Shown: positions 39,001 to 51,089 of the stretch, one piece after another
Position numbering within the stretch: the stretch's first letter is position 1
Layout of the letters: every line of letters starts with the position of its first letter
Assembly (NCBI GenBank): GCA_965113315.1
Contig: OZ220368.1
Direction: 5' to 3' (one strand)
Source: Podarcis vaucheri
Lineage: Eukaryota
DNA: 64,000 nucleotides
Program-made: the position numbers and the translations under genes
Notes under the pieces: generated by a model
The model's database searches: none
What the model saw: the letters and a program-made list of their open reading frames with translations, nothing else
Told to the model about the DNA's origin: nothing

Positions 39001-40012
39001 CTAATGGGGATGTTGTCAGGAGACCTGCAGGGCAAAAGTCTCCCCTGTCACTTATTGGATTCTGAATTTCTGATCTTAAGGCAGCATGGTGTGTGTCTGC
39101 GCTGGGCAGCTGGTTTGGCTTGGGGCATGTGGAGAGCAATGGAAATCTGTGAAAATTTCTCTCTTTGATTGCGCAACTGTCCAATTGTAAGGAAGTTGGT
39201 GATGGAGAAGCAATGCCAGTTACAGGAGCAATGTGATGGCTTTGGGATAACAGACAGGAGGGAGAAATACACAAAATTGAGCAAGCCAAGCTGTGATTTC
39301 TTTCCTCTGAGACCCATCATAGCTTGTTCAACAATCCGTGTGAATGTGGCCACTGTTTCTGAAATCTTTGTTCTAGAGTAGCAACTCTTGGCTGAACTGC
39401 AGGCTGCCATTTTGGTTTGCTTCTTAACAGCCGCAACCTGGGAGGCTGCTTGAGGACTCTCTCAAATTCAAACACAACTATTATATTTGTCTCTTTGTGG
39501 ATGTGATCCAGAGGAAAGCTGTGCACACAGCTAGGGGGGTTCATAGAAATTTCCTGCAACTGCTTGCAGTGCTGAAAAGAACCCAAGGGCACAGCTGGAT
39601 CCGGCCAAGAGTTCATCTCATCCAACATCCTGTTTCCACCAGTGGCCAACCGGGCAACTAACATAAAGACTTTTCAGTTTAGCATTTAAAAAACCAACCG
39701 CCTCTTCAGCATGTAATTAAAACATCCAATAACTTTCTGGCTCTTTTATTTATTTTACTTGTTCTTCTGTTCCTTTCATTGTAATCATGGGGACTGGGAT
39801 TAGTGGTAGTCCTTGGATCACAGTTTAACAACGTTCCAAATAAAAACCAGCTACAGTTTCTCTCATTTCCCAAAGATTGCTTCCTTTTTGCCGGCATAAG
39901 CCATCTCCACCCACCCTCACATTTAGTTGCAAGGACCATAATATTGGTTGGCGGTTTCTCTTAAGGGCAGCAGTTCTCTCTTCTACGCTCTAACCTCTTC
40001 CCCTGTTTTCAG

Positions 40013-40127
40013 GAGGGCATACCAGATGCTGACTACGGCAGAGGGGCTGATGAGCCAAGAGGACAGGGTCACTGCAGACAACCTTCAGGAGGTCTTTGAA
40101 ACAAATCTCTTCGGACATTTTGTTCTG
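40013..40127 (+). CDS. HSD17B7: HSD17B7 exon 4 ([12 protein letters not shown]...[14 protein letters not shown])
   Basis: ttcag|G acceptor, CTG|gtaggg donor, 115 nt. Confidence 0.97.
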
Positions 40128-41369
40128 GTAGGGAAGCTTTTACCTAGTTTTTGTCACACGTCCTGGTGTTGTGCAGATGTTATCTGGGCGTTCATACATG
40201 TATTGCAAGACATTATTCTAGGTGATCTATGTATTGTGCAACGTTGCCCTACATTCCAGAGTTAAAGATGGTTGTGAGCAAGCTCTCACCTCTTTAGTTA
40301 AGACATTGGTATATCCGGTGAGCTTTCCACAGATAAGAATAAGGATGCCTATTTGCATAGGTAAGTTTGCCAGTCCTTTGTTAGTCATTGTAGTGTGATA
40401 TCTCTAGCTCTCATCTTTGGTGGCTGTTGCTGGTCTCAGAATATTACATTGAGTGTGCTAATTCTCGAAAACTGAAGAAGTCTCAGTAGATTTGTTTTGG
40501 TGTGGTTGCTTTTTTAGCACGAGGGCTTAATTCTGCACCAGCAGCATCTGGTTTGACTTTCTGGATGTGATCTGCCGATTTCACAACGGGTTGGTAGCTG
40601 ACAGAAAAGCTGACCAAAATTACTGCCTCATTGACTTCAGGACTGAACTCACTGCTGGTCCTTTCAGTAGACTTCAGCAAACAACATTTAAAGGCAATCT
40701 TGTAAGCTGTAATTTGGCCACACAGGGCTAAAAAATATTAACAATAGAATCCCAGTATAGTAGCTTTATCTCCATAATTGTATCCTGTCATTTCCTTTAG
40801 TGTCCACTGCATGGAGCTAATGTATTTGACTCCTCTTTATTTTTGCAGAATGGATAATCAAAGTTTGTGGCATCTTGCAGTCAGCAGGGTAGTGAGCACA
40901 CGGACTGGTCCTACCTGTGCCAGATTCTGTGTCTGTGGGCTCCTATCGCAGTGCATAATTGTAATGTGTGCCTGGTGGCAGGAGAGGCAGGGGTGAGTTG
41001 GGGCAACACAATCGTGATGGTGTAGGTTTTACTTGCAAAGCAGGTGGGACCTTAACTGTCAAGAAGGGCAGAACCTCTTGTCCACGGACAGTGGCGACGC
41101 TGCCGGGCATCTATAACGCATGAGTGAGGATGCAAAGTGCTGTGTTACAATTTCACGCCTGTGCTGTGAAATTGGAAACCAAAGACCCGTTCCAAAGGTT
41201 TATGCTGACTTGTGGCTCACTTAAGAAGAATATGTTTATCCAGTGTATACTGTTATAAGTCATGTTGTATGGACAGGAAAGTAAATATATTTGTAAAGTA
41301 TTTTAGAGATCTTTGGGGAAATCCTGTTGGTTCTGTTGAGTACGGGTCAGCTTTGTTTTAGAATGTGTA

Positions 41370-41585
41370 CAGTGGAACCTCGGGTTATGTACTGTCCTCC
41401 GTACGGATGCTTCGGGTAATGAGCTCTGCTAACCCTAGTTGCGAACTTTGCCCCGGGATGCAAGCAGAAGTCGCATGGTGGCAGCAGGAGGCCCCATTAG
41501 CAAAAGCGCGCCTCATGTTAAGAACAGTTTCAGCTTAAGACCGGACCTCCTGAACAAATTAAGTTCATAACCGGAGGTAACACTG
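41370..41585. mobile_element. Tigger/pogo-like MITE (older copy)
   Basis: TA|CAGTGGAACCTC...GAGGTAACACTG|TA. Confidence 0.85.
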
Positions 41586-42256
41586 TATTCTGAAAATAAT
41601 ATTGATTAAAAAAAAAAATTAAAATGCCAGACTCATTCTGATTTATAATCTTTTTTTCTTTCATAGATGAAAATGCAGAACATACTTCTTGCAAGTAGAG
41701 CTTGTGAGGAAGGATCTGTATCGGGGGTTACCAAACATTTTCCTCCATTGGCCACTTGAAAATTGCAGAGGGGCTTAGTGGACAATGATTTTTCGCCCTT
41801 TGTAGTAATTGTAGTGCACTATGATAGGTGCTGTATGATTTTTAATTATATTTTTATTGCTCCTTTTGTTTTTTATATATTATATTACCGTTTGAATTCT
41901 GATATTAAATATATTAAATATTTTTAATTATTTTAACTGTGTTTTTATTGCTGCTTTTATTTCACATTGTACAGTATTACAATTTAAATTTCTTCAAATC
42001 CAAAATTTAAATACAATATAAGAAATAAAAGAAGCAATTAAAACAGTTAAAAATCAATATAAATATTTAATGCGATGGATGTGCTGTCTCCTGTCTCCAA
42101 ACACAAATCCACAGGCATACTGTGGACCACCTGAAAGACCCTGGTGGACCACTAGTGGTCTGTGGACCACAGTTTGGGAACCTCTGTTCTAGATTGTATG
42201 CCTCTTAAGGCAGGAACCTGGAGCCTTGTTAAAGTCTGGTTTCTTCATTTTTGCAG

Positions 42257-42451
42257 ATCCGGAACCTGGAGCCTCTGCTCTGCTGCGTTGAAAAGCCCAG
42301 CAAGCTTGTCTGGACCTCTTCAGTCAATGCCTGCAAATCTAACTTCAGCCTTGAGGACTTTCAGCACAGGCAAGGCAAGGAGGCCTACAGCTCCTCTAAA
42401 TATGCTACTGACCTTACAAGTGTGGCTCTGAACAACCGCTTCAACAAGCAG
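42257..42451 (+). CDS. HSD17B7: HSD17B7 exon 5 (IRNLEPLL...WTSS...[11 protein letters not shown]...FNKQ)
   Basis: gcag|ATC acceptor, CAG|gtgaga donor, 195 nt. Contains the catalytic YxxxK (YSSSK). Confidence 0.98.
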
Positions 42452-42804
42452 GTGAGAGCACCCTATCGTAGTCCTTCCAAAAGGCCCTTCCGACCGAAAG
42501 CAAAAGAAGGTGGCATTCTTTTCAGGAAAGTTGGCGAAGTGTGCCAAGATAAGCGGGTGTGAGTCCCATCAGTGGAAGGCTGTGCAAGGACTTACACATC
42601 TGCAATGGGGTCCCCCTCTACACACCTCATGCCTCCCAAATTGGCTCTGAGGTGTGTGGGTTGTGGGGACCCCCAGAATGTGGTGAGAAGAGTGAGGGGG
42701 CCGCTCCGTCTGGCAAGCGGAAACGCTTGTGGTGGTGGAACACTTGATATCGTGTGACTCTCAATTCCTCCCATTGTGTTGCGACTTTTCTGAACCGCTG
42801 CTTA

Positions 42805-43097
42805 CCGTATTTTTCGCCCTATAGGACGCACTTTTTCCCCTCAAAAAATGAAGGGGAAATGTGTGTGCGTCCTATGGGGTGAATGCAGGCTTTTGCTGAA
42901 GCCTGGAGAGCGAGAGGGGTCGGTGCACACCAACCCCTCTCGCTCTCCAGGCTTCAGGAAGCTATCCGCAAGCCTTGCGAGCCTGGTGGGAGTTCCCGCC
43001 GGGCTCGCAAGGCTTACGGGCAGCAGCCTGCAGCCCGAAGCACGGGGCGCGCTCCGGAGCGCGCCCCGGGCTTCAGGCAGATGTCTGCAAGCCTTGC
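42805..43097. mobile_element. Half copy of the CCGTATTTTTCG MITE, opposite orientation to the 28621 and 34949 copies
   Basis: TA|CCGTATTTTTCGCCCTATAGGACGCAC start. Breaks off at about 43097. Confidence 0.88.
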
Positions 43098-43121
43098 GAA
43101 TGTTAAAGGGATGTTGGATTG

Positions 43122-44030
43122 ATCCCTTTAACATTCATTAATTTTACAGTATTTCTGCAAATAGTCTTTAAATTTCTTCCAGTCTTCTTCCACCACTTCT
43201 TCTCCCTGATCTCGGATTCTGCCGGTCATTTCTGCCAGTTCCATGTAGTCCATCACCTTCATCTGCCATTCTTCCAGTGTGGGTAAATCTTGTGTCTTCC
43301 AATACTTTGCAATCAATATTCTGCTGCTGTTGTTGCATACATAAAAAAAGTTCTGTCCTTCTTTGGCACCAATTGGCCGACAATGCCCAGAAGAAAGGCC
43401 TCTGGTTTCTTCAGGAAGGTATATTTAAATACCTTTTTCATTTCATTATAGATCATCTCCCAGAAAGCCTTAATCTTTGGGCACGTCCACCAAAGGTGAA
43501 AGAATGTACCTTCAGTTTCTTTACATTTCCAACATTTATTATCGGGCAAGTGGTAGATTTTTGCAAGCTTGACTGGTGTCATGTCTGTAAATCATTTTCA
43601 TAATATTCTCTCTTAGGGCATTACATGCCGTAAATTTCATACCTGTGTTCCACAACTGTTCCCAGTCAGCGAACATAATGTTATGCTCAACATCTTGTGC
43701 CCATTTAATCATAGCAGATTTAACCGTTTCATCCTGAGTGTTCCATTTTAACAGCAAGTTATACATTCTTGAAAGTATCTTAGTATTGGGATCTAACAAT
43801 TCTGTTTCCAACTTTGATTTTTCCACCTGGAAGCTAATTTTTTTATCCAAATTATATACCTCTCTTATTTGGTAATAATGAAGCCAATCTCGCACTCTAT
43901 CTTTTAGTTTCTCAAAGCTCTGCAATTTCAATTTATCTCCTTCTTGCTCCAAAATTTCCCAATATTTCGGCCACTTGGCCTCCATATTGAGCTTTTTCTG
44001 AGCCTTCGCCTCCATTGGTGACAACCACCT
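43122..44030 (-). mobile_element. L1-clade LINE ORF2 C-terminal fragment
   Basis: Frameshifted ORFs carry the zinc knuckle CWKC...HLWWTC, plus IAKYWK and WEQLW motifs. Stop at 43128. No poly(A). Confidence 0.9.
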
Positions 44031-44862
44031 TCATATGCCTGAATTTTGAGGGTGAAGAAAGGGGGGCTTTTATCAGATTGACTATTCTTCTATTTCTCCT
44101 TTTTGTGAATAGTGAAAGCAAAATAAATCATGCAGACTAAGGGATCTTGAGCAAATTACGGTAGTTTAATTTGCATAATTTATACAGGACATAGAATTTT
44201 AGCTGCTTTGTGCTGTGTGGGTGACAAAATGAGACTGCATTCTCAGTGGTGGCCCCCAAATTATGGAACTCCTTCCCAAATTACATTTGGTTGTCCCCCC
44301 ACATTGGACTCATTGAGATGCAAGGTAAAAGCATTGTTATTTACCAAGATCTTTGTATATGTGATGTTGCTGCTAATGTCATTGTTGCTCTCTGCTCCTA
44401 TTATGATGAAGGGTGGGGTATAAGTACAAGGAAATGAATAAATACAAACTTTGGTTACTTTGGTTCAGATTTTGCCATTGTTTTGGACAGCATTATACAC
44501 TGTCACCCATGGAGTGTTTTAAAAATATGCAAGATGTATCACAATCTTGTCTTATTTATGTTTGCAACACCCCCTGTAAAATGTTCTTTCCATATTGGGG
44601 TGAAATAAAATTGACCATGGCCAATAGCAATTTCATGATAAAACAGTTCTTTTTCTAAAATGCCTTTAAGAGCTGATAACAATTTGGCAAGGTGTATTGC
44701 TGTTCCTTTGGGTCCTATTTTAATAGTCACAATGACCCTGGAAAGTCGCTTAGGCTGTCCAAGGCTACCCAGTCAGGAGTTGAACCCTGATCTCCCTTCT
44801 CTGGGCCAGACTACTGCACTGTGGCTTCTCACATATGTTCCTCCCCACCAAGCCCTTTCCAT

Positions 44863-45903
44863 TCATAGAATCATAGAATCATAGAATCATAGAGTTGGAA
44901 GAGACCACAAGGGCCATCGAGTCCAACCCCCTGCCAAGCAGGAAACACCATCAGAGCACTCCTGACATATGGTTGTCAAGCCTCTGCTTAAAGACCTCCA
45001 AAGTAGGAGACTCCACCACACTCCTTGGCAGCAAATTCCACTGTCGAACAGCTCTTACTGTCAGGAAGTTCTTCCTAATGTTTAGGTGGAATCTTCTTTC
45101 TTGTAGTTTGGATCCATTGCTCCGTGTCCGCTTCTCTGGAGCAGCAGAAAACAACCTTTCTCCCTCCTCTATGTGACATCCTTTTATATATTTGAACATG
45201 GCTATCATATCACCCATTAACCTCCTCTTCTCCAGGCTAAACATGCCCAGCTCCCTTAGCCGTTCCTCATAAGGCATCGTTTCCAGGCCTTTGATCATTT
45301 TGGTTGCCCTCCTCTGGACACGTTCCAGTTTGTCAGTGTCCTTCTTGAATTGTGGTGCCCAGAACTGGACACAGTACTCCAGGTGTGGTCTGACCAGAGC
45401 AGAATACAGTGGGACTATTACTTCCCTTGATCTAGATGCTATACTCCTATTGATGCAGCCCAGAATTGCATTGGCTTTTTTAGCTGCCGCGTCACACTGT
45501 TGGCTCATGTCAAGTTTGTGGTCAACCAAGACTCCTAGATCCTTTTCACATGTACTGCTCTCAAGCCAGGTGTCACCCATCTTGTATTTGTGCCTCTCAT
45601 TTTTTTTGCCCAAGTGCAATACTTTACATTTCTCCCTGTTAAAATTCATCTTGTTTGTTTTTGCCCAGTTCTCTAATCTGTCAAGGTCGTTTTGAAGTGT
45701 GATCCTGTCCTCTGGGGTGTTAGCCACCCCTCCCAGTTTGGTGTCATCTGCAAATTTGATCAGGATGCCCTTGAGTCCATCATCCAAGTCGTTGATAAAG
45801 ATGTTGAATAAGACCGGGCCCAAGACAGAACCCTGTGGCACCCCACTAGTCACTCTTCTCCAGGATGAAGAGGAACCATTGATGAGCACCCTTTGGGTTC
45901 GGT
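44863..45903 (-). mobile_element. CR1 LINE, 5'-truncated, uninterrupted RT C-terminal reading frame
   Basis: ORF 44951-45952 contains [10 protein letters not shown] and FADDTKL. (CATAGAAT)n tail. Nearly identical to the 1115-2214 copy. Confidence 0.97.
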
Positions 45904-47126
45904 TCTGTCTGCCCTCCTTCCCCACATGAGTCAGAGGCCTAGTCCACACCATAATTTAATATGGACTAGAAGCTTCTGTTTTGGGATGTCCACACAGTAC
46001 CTCATCCAACTGGCAGCCCACAAGGCCCACCTTCGCTGTTTTATTCAGATTCTCCCAATCTATGAATAATTTGTTAAGAGGACATAAAAATCCAACATAA
46101 AATCGCTTTCCACTGGCGTGTGGGTGTTAGGATATTTCCGTTCCACCTTCAAAGGGAGCAGGCTTTGTGAGTCACAGAGTCTGCGTATTTCCTGTTCACA
46201 GGAAGTTTATGCTTTTGTATATGCTTTCGTTTTCTCTCTGTGCCTGAGACATCGTAGCAGGCAGTCATGTTTTCTCTTTGTTCTGACTAACGCTGAATAA
46301 ACTTGTAAATATGCTCTCCTGAGTGCACCTTTCGCTGTATGTATCTGCTGACAGAGCGTGCCCAAGCTCTGGAATGTGGCAAGCTATTTCTGGGGCTCCT
46401 GTCGCTAATTGACTGATACTGCGTTATCTACGGGAGGTCGATGGATCGCAAGTGAGACGGCTTGGGCGCATGATGGCCTTTGTCTCCCTGGCAGTATCCC
46501 AACAGTGGGTGCCCTGAAGTGCATTTTGCGACTGGGGTCCCCCCCCACAATGTGTGTGGTGATGTTTCACTGGGTGCTTTGGAGGGGAGGAAGAAAAAGA
46601 AAAGCGCTGTGTCCACATCTCCACCCTGTTGCTCTCCTTGTCGTGCCTTTGCTGTTTATGTCCTTTTGGAAATTGCACAGCGGCTTTATGTTTTTTTGGG
46701 GGTGAGGGATTTCTGGAGACCAGCTTCCTTCACGCTGACATGCAATCACATGTAAAGCAGTGACTTGGGGATGCCGTTCTTTCCACTCCATCCTTCCACA
46801 ATAGCAGAGAAAGTGGTTTCTAATGAATGGGCAGGGGAAACCTCTCAGGTTTCACAGCTCTGAAGTCAGCCAAATGCAGGATTTCCGCCTCCCATTCAGA
46901 AGTAATTTTTGTGCTAGTTTATGCCATTCACATGTAGAAAGGGCAGAATAGTAAGTTAACAAAACCAGGAGGGAATATTTTTAAAGCTTCCACTTCTTTC
47001 TGTTACAAACTTGGCACAAGCCCTGTCTACGTGGTGTGAGTGTGGGTGTCTGCCAGCAGTTGTGTGTGTGTCACAGTGTGGCCCCATGGAACCATCTCTT
47101 TCTCTCTCCCCCCACTCTCTCAACAG

Positions 47127-47231
47127 GGCCTGTATTCTAGCGTTGTGTGTCCAGGTGTTGTGATGACCAACATGACGTTTGAGATTTTGCCTCCTTTCGT
47201 GTGGAAGTTATTTTTCCCCATTCTGTGGCTG
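47127..47231 (+). CDS. HSD17B7: HSD17B7 exon 6 ([35 protein letters not shown])
   Basis: acag|GGC acceptor, CTG|gtgagt donor, 105 nt. Includes the hydrophobic membrane-associated segment. Confidence 0.97.
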
Positions 47232-47378
47232 GTGAGTGTGATGGTTTCAGAAACTGCAGCAAACCCTTAAGTTCTAGGAACTAGAGGCTGATTCAGATTC
47301 CCTTGTAAGCAGAGAGAAAAGCTGAAGTGGTCAGTGGAACAAATACAAGCATATGGCGCGATCAGACTTTACAGTATA

Positions 47379-47602
47379 CAGTGGTACCTCGGGTTACAGA
47401 CGCTTCAGGTTACAGACTCCGCTAACCCAGAAATAGTACTGGGTTAAGAACTTTGCTTCAGGATGAGAACAGAAATTGTGCAGTGGCGGGGCGGCGGCAG
47501 CAGGAGGCCCCATTAGCTAAAGTGGTGCTTCAGGTTAAGAACAGTTTCAGGTTAAGAACGGACCTCTGGAACGAATTAAGTACTTAACCCGAGGTACCAC
47601 TG
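47379..47602. mobile_element. Tigger/pogo-like MITE
   Basis: TA|CAGTGGTACCTCGGGTTA...TAACCCGAGGTACCACTG|TA, perfect TIRs. Confidence 0.93.
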
Positions 47603-48143
47603 TATTTTACTATAGAGGAAGCCCTTTTTGTCTGTTTCTTGTTTGGGGTCAGACCATCAGAAGAGCCTCTCAGGTCAGGCCAGGGCCCCTCTACTCCTGT
47701 TCTCGGAGTAGCCCACCAAGTGCCCACAGGAGCCCCATAGCGGGACCTGATCACCAGAGCCCTCTCCCACTGGGGATGGACAGCAGCCAGCATTCAGAAG
47801 CATACTTCCTCTGACAGTGGAAGCAGAACATGGCCATTGTGGCTTCTCCTCCAGGAATTGGTCTCCCCTTTTAAAGCCATCCAAATTGGTAGCCATCACT
47901 GCCTCTTGTGGGAGCAGCCTCCTTCGTTTGTCTGGTGCTGGGTCTGCCCTGAAGCTTGCAACCTTCAGCTTTGCTGGGTGTCTTCAAGTTCTAGTGGGAT
48001 GAGAGAGGGATATGGCTGCTGTTTGGGGGGCAGAGGATGGTGGGGTTTTCCTTGCCCTCCTGGAGCTGCTTCCCCAGCTTCAGTGCCATGGAGTAGAAAG
48101 AAGAGAGAACTGACTTCTTGCTTTTCTCTCCCCGCAACTCCAG

Positions 48144-48200
48144 TTCCGCCTTTTTACCAACACGTATACACTGACGCCGTACAATGGAGCAGAAGCACTG
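48144..48200 (+). CDS. HSD17B7: HSD17B7 exon 7 (FRLFTNTYTLTPYNGAEAL)
   Basis: ccag|TTC acceptor, CTG|gtaaga donor, 57 nt. Absent from the ORF track. Confidence 0.95.
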
Positions 48201-48889
48201 GTAAGATGCTTTGGCACTGACATGTTGTGCATTGTGCCTGTCTGATCCATCGCGTATGCCTTGCGATAGCCGATGTACCAAGAGGTTCACAGCCACTTTC
48301 TTTCCTCTTCTGGGGAACCTGTTGGCTGCTCCCACCCTCACACACCCTGTGATGTGAGTAGGGCCAACTCTGGTCTGCACTCCTAGCCAGCAACTGTGTG
48401 TGTGCATGCGCGTTTGCTGCATGCGTTTGTTTGATCTGATTGATACCTGCCTGCAGGTGGGAGTGTGTTTGTGCTGATCATAGTGTGGGATGTTGCTTGA
48501 TGGCTGGCTGAGTGAATGCCGCTTGGGTGGGGGTGGGGGGAGTGGTCCAGGGCCTGTCTCACTATATAACAACAGGCCCTAGGGGACTTCAATATCCACC
48601 CAGGGGCTGCTGGCTCAAGACTTCGTGACTACCATGGGTCTTTCTCAGTTGGTCATGGTTCCAACACACCGGGCAGAGCAAAGTCTTGATGTAGTCTTTG
48701 CCCCAAGTGATATGAAGGACGGAATGAGGATGGGGCAGTGCCATGCCCTCCCTTGTCATGGTCAGATCATTATCTGCTTCAGTTTGGACTGACGACTAGT
48801 GGTGGACACATTCAGATGTCTCACCCTTGCAGACTGAGGGAACTCGATGTGTTCCTGAATGCTCTGGGGAATTTTCCAGAGGAGAAAGC

Positions 48890-49340
48890 GAGTGGAGTCC
48901 TTATCTGACAATGGAACAGCAAGATGAAACAGGCAGTTGCCCTGATCACTCTGGACCCTTCAGATTGGAACAGCTCTCAGCCAGTTGCCAGTACCTCCTT
49001 TGGGGGGAAGGTGGTGGAGAGGGCTGTGGTGGGGCAGATACAGGCATTCTTGGAGGACACAGATTATTTAGATCCATTTGAATCTGTGTTCAGGCCTAGC
49101 CATGGAACTGAGTTGGCCTTGATCACCCTGATGGATGACCTCTGCAGAGAGTGGGGACTGCTGGGGGGGGGAGTGAGTCATTGTTCTACCTTCTTGATCT
49201 CTTGTTGACATTTGATACCATTGACTATGGTATCCTCCTGGACTGAGAATTGGGGGCGCTGTATTACAGTGGTTCTAATTCTACCCTCTGCACCAAGTCC
49301 AGAGAGGGGCATTGGGAGAGTGCCTGTTGGCTCCCTGGCA
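48890..49340 (+). mobile_element. L2 LINE RT fragment, decayed (approximate)
   Basis: KVVERAV...YLDPFESVFRPSHGTELALITLMDDL corresponds to L2 RT motifs. Confidence 0.75.
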
Positions 49341-49483
49341 GCTTACATTATGGGGTTATCTCGTTTGAGCCCCTTTAGATCCAAATCCAGCCCCACAGGG
49401 GTTTTCAGCACTGGCAGCGGTTGTCTTGAGTCAAACGCACTTGCAAGGAAAGAACTGCTCACTTGTTTGCATCCCCTTTCTAG

Positions 49484-49582
49484 ATTTGGCTCTTCAAGCA
49501 GAAGCCTGAGTTGCTGGACCCCCTGGTGAAATTTCACAGCTGCACCACATTCTTTGGGAAGAACTACGTTGAGATCCGCAAG
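49484..49582 (+). CDS. HSD17B7: HSD17B7 exon 8 (IWLFKQKPELLDPLVKFHSCTTFFGKNYVEIRK)
   Basis: ctag|ATT acceptor, AAG|gtaagt donor, 99 nt. Confidence 0.96.
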
Positions 49583-49622
49583 GTAAGTAGACCCCTTCGT
49601 GTGCATTGTGTTGTCACGAGTA

Positions 49623-49831
49623 CAGTGGTACCTCAGGTTACTTACGCTTCAGGTTACACACTCCACTAACCCAGAAATAGTGCTTCAGGTTAAGAACTTT
49701 GCTTCAGGATGAGAACAGAAATTGTGCTCCAGCGGTGAAGTGGCAGCAGGAGGCCCAATTAGCTAAAGTGGTGCTTCAGGTTAAGAACAGACTTCCGGAA
49801 AGAATTAAGTACTTAACCCGAGGTACCATTG
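49623..49831. mobile_element. Tigger/pogo-like MITE
   Basis: TA|CAGTGGTACCTC...GAGGTACCATTG|TA. Confidence 0.9.
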
Positions 49832-49999
49832 TATTCCTTTCATGCTTTTGGTGCACGCTACGCCGTGGGAAATCATGGAGGACCTACGTCATGAGGCAAG
49901 GCAAGGCAGCTGTCTTGGAGGGGGGATTCCGAGTTCCATTAAGAGGCAGCAGAATCTTCCAGAAAGTTCCACTGCAGAAAGCCCCATGGAAATGAATGT

Positions 50000-50037
50000 G
50001 TATCTGAAGAAGTGTGCATGCACACGAAAGCTCATAC
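50000..50037 (+). ncRNA. Minimal type I hammerhead ribozyme
   Basis: GTAT | CTGAAGA A | GTGTG-CATG-CACAC | GAAA | GC | TC | ATAC. All core nucleotides are present. Predicted cleavage after C50033. Confidence 0.85.
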
Positions 50038-50129
50038 CAAGAACTAACTTAGTTGGTCTTTAAGGTGCTACTGGAAGGAATTTTTTTATTTTGACTATGG
50101 CAGACCAACACGGCTACCTATCTGTAATA
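50000..50129 (+). mobile_element. Penelope-like element pLTR insertion
   Basis: Perfect 11-bp TSD gaaatgaatgt (49989-49999 / 50130-50140). Hammerhead at the 5' end. Tail ttagttggtctttaaggtgctac...gcagaccaacacggctac. Confidence 0.85.
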
Positions 50130-50641
50130 GAAATGAATGTTACTCGCCTGGAGCTTTGGAGATAGGAAGGGCTAAAGCTTACATTTATTTTTAAATGTTA
50201 CTTCCCTGCGAAAGATGTGTCTTGCTGGACTAGATCAGAGGCCCATCCAAACCAGCGTTGTCTCCCACTGCATGGGCCACAGGCAGGCTGGGGTCGCATC
50301 AACACTCCCCACTTGCAGTGACCAGGCAAAGGCTGACTATGGATGCCCAGAGTGTTTTATGGCTCCTGCCACTTTGCAACCCAGGGGCTTTGCAGTGAGA
50401 AGTGCCAGCCGCCTGCCACCTTCGTGTCCCCAAGAAAGCAGCTGGGTCCGCCTTCTACGCACCTCTGCAGTTGGGTCAGAGCCAGCACCTGTGGTGTACA
50501 GTTCCTAGGTTCCTTTAGCTGATGGGAGGGAGGGGTGGCTCTGGGGTCTCCTCTGGGGGTGGGGGGGGTGGGCTTGTGGTAAAGGAAAGGAAACACTGCT
50601 GGTTCTATGGAATCTGTCCTGATCACAGCTGTGTCTTTCAG

Positions 50642-50743
50642 ATGGATCTCAGTGAAGATACCGCAGAGAAGCTGTACGAGAAGCTCCTGGAACTAGAGAA
50701 GCAACTTCTTGCAAGGTCCAACAGCCCACAGCATAAAAAATAG
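50642..50743 (+). CDS. HSD17B7: HSD17B7 exon 9 (MDLSEDTAEKLYEKLLELEKQLLARSNSPQHKK*)
   Basis: ttcag|ATG acceptor, TAG at 50741-50743. The spliced CDS totals 1005 nt (334 aa), a 3-keto-steroid reductase / 17-beta-HSD7. Confidence 0.96.
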   Translation: MDLSEDTAEKLYEKLLELEKQLLARSNSPQHKK

Positions 50744-51083
50744 CAAAGCCAGGCCAGTCTTTAGCCACCATTCCTCATGGCAATGAGTTTCTTCCACTTG
50801 GGACAGTTAAGAACCTCGGCTCCTCACCCCCACCCCACCCTGGCTTTTGCCTTTTGCAATGCAAACCTCTCTAGAGATGTATCTTTTGGCTGTCATGAAG
50901 CTGAAATGCTGAAAGAGACCAAAAAGTCTTACAGTTCAGTCCCTGCCCACCCCAGCGTGGATTTTATAACACCTTTGCTCTCCTTTTAGTTGCCGTGTCT
51001 TTACATCACTGCAGCATTTGTCTTTTCCCCGTTACGTGTTTCCTGAAGCCTTTGTACTCCTCAGTGCAGGATGTTTTTCAAAT

Positions 51084-51089
51084 AATAAA
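51084..51089 (+). terminator. Probable HSD17B7 polyadenylation signal AATAAA
   Basis: First AATAAA after the stop, followed by GT-rich sequence (gctgtgtccttgtttc). Confidence 0.65.

Noticed and set aside
47991-48572. 193-aa minus-strand ORF antisense to HSD17B7 exon 7
   Set aside because: No recognisable domain or splice support, and the composition is consistent with chance.
50729-50743. HSD17B7 C-terminal KK as an ER-retrieval signal
   Set aside because: The lysines are the last two residues, not at the -3/-4 or -3/-5 positions required for KKxx/KxKxx.
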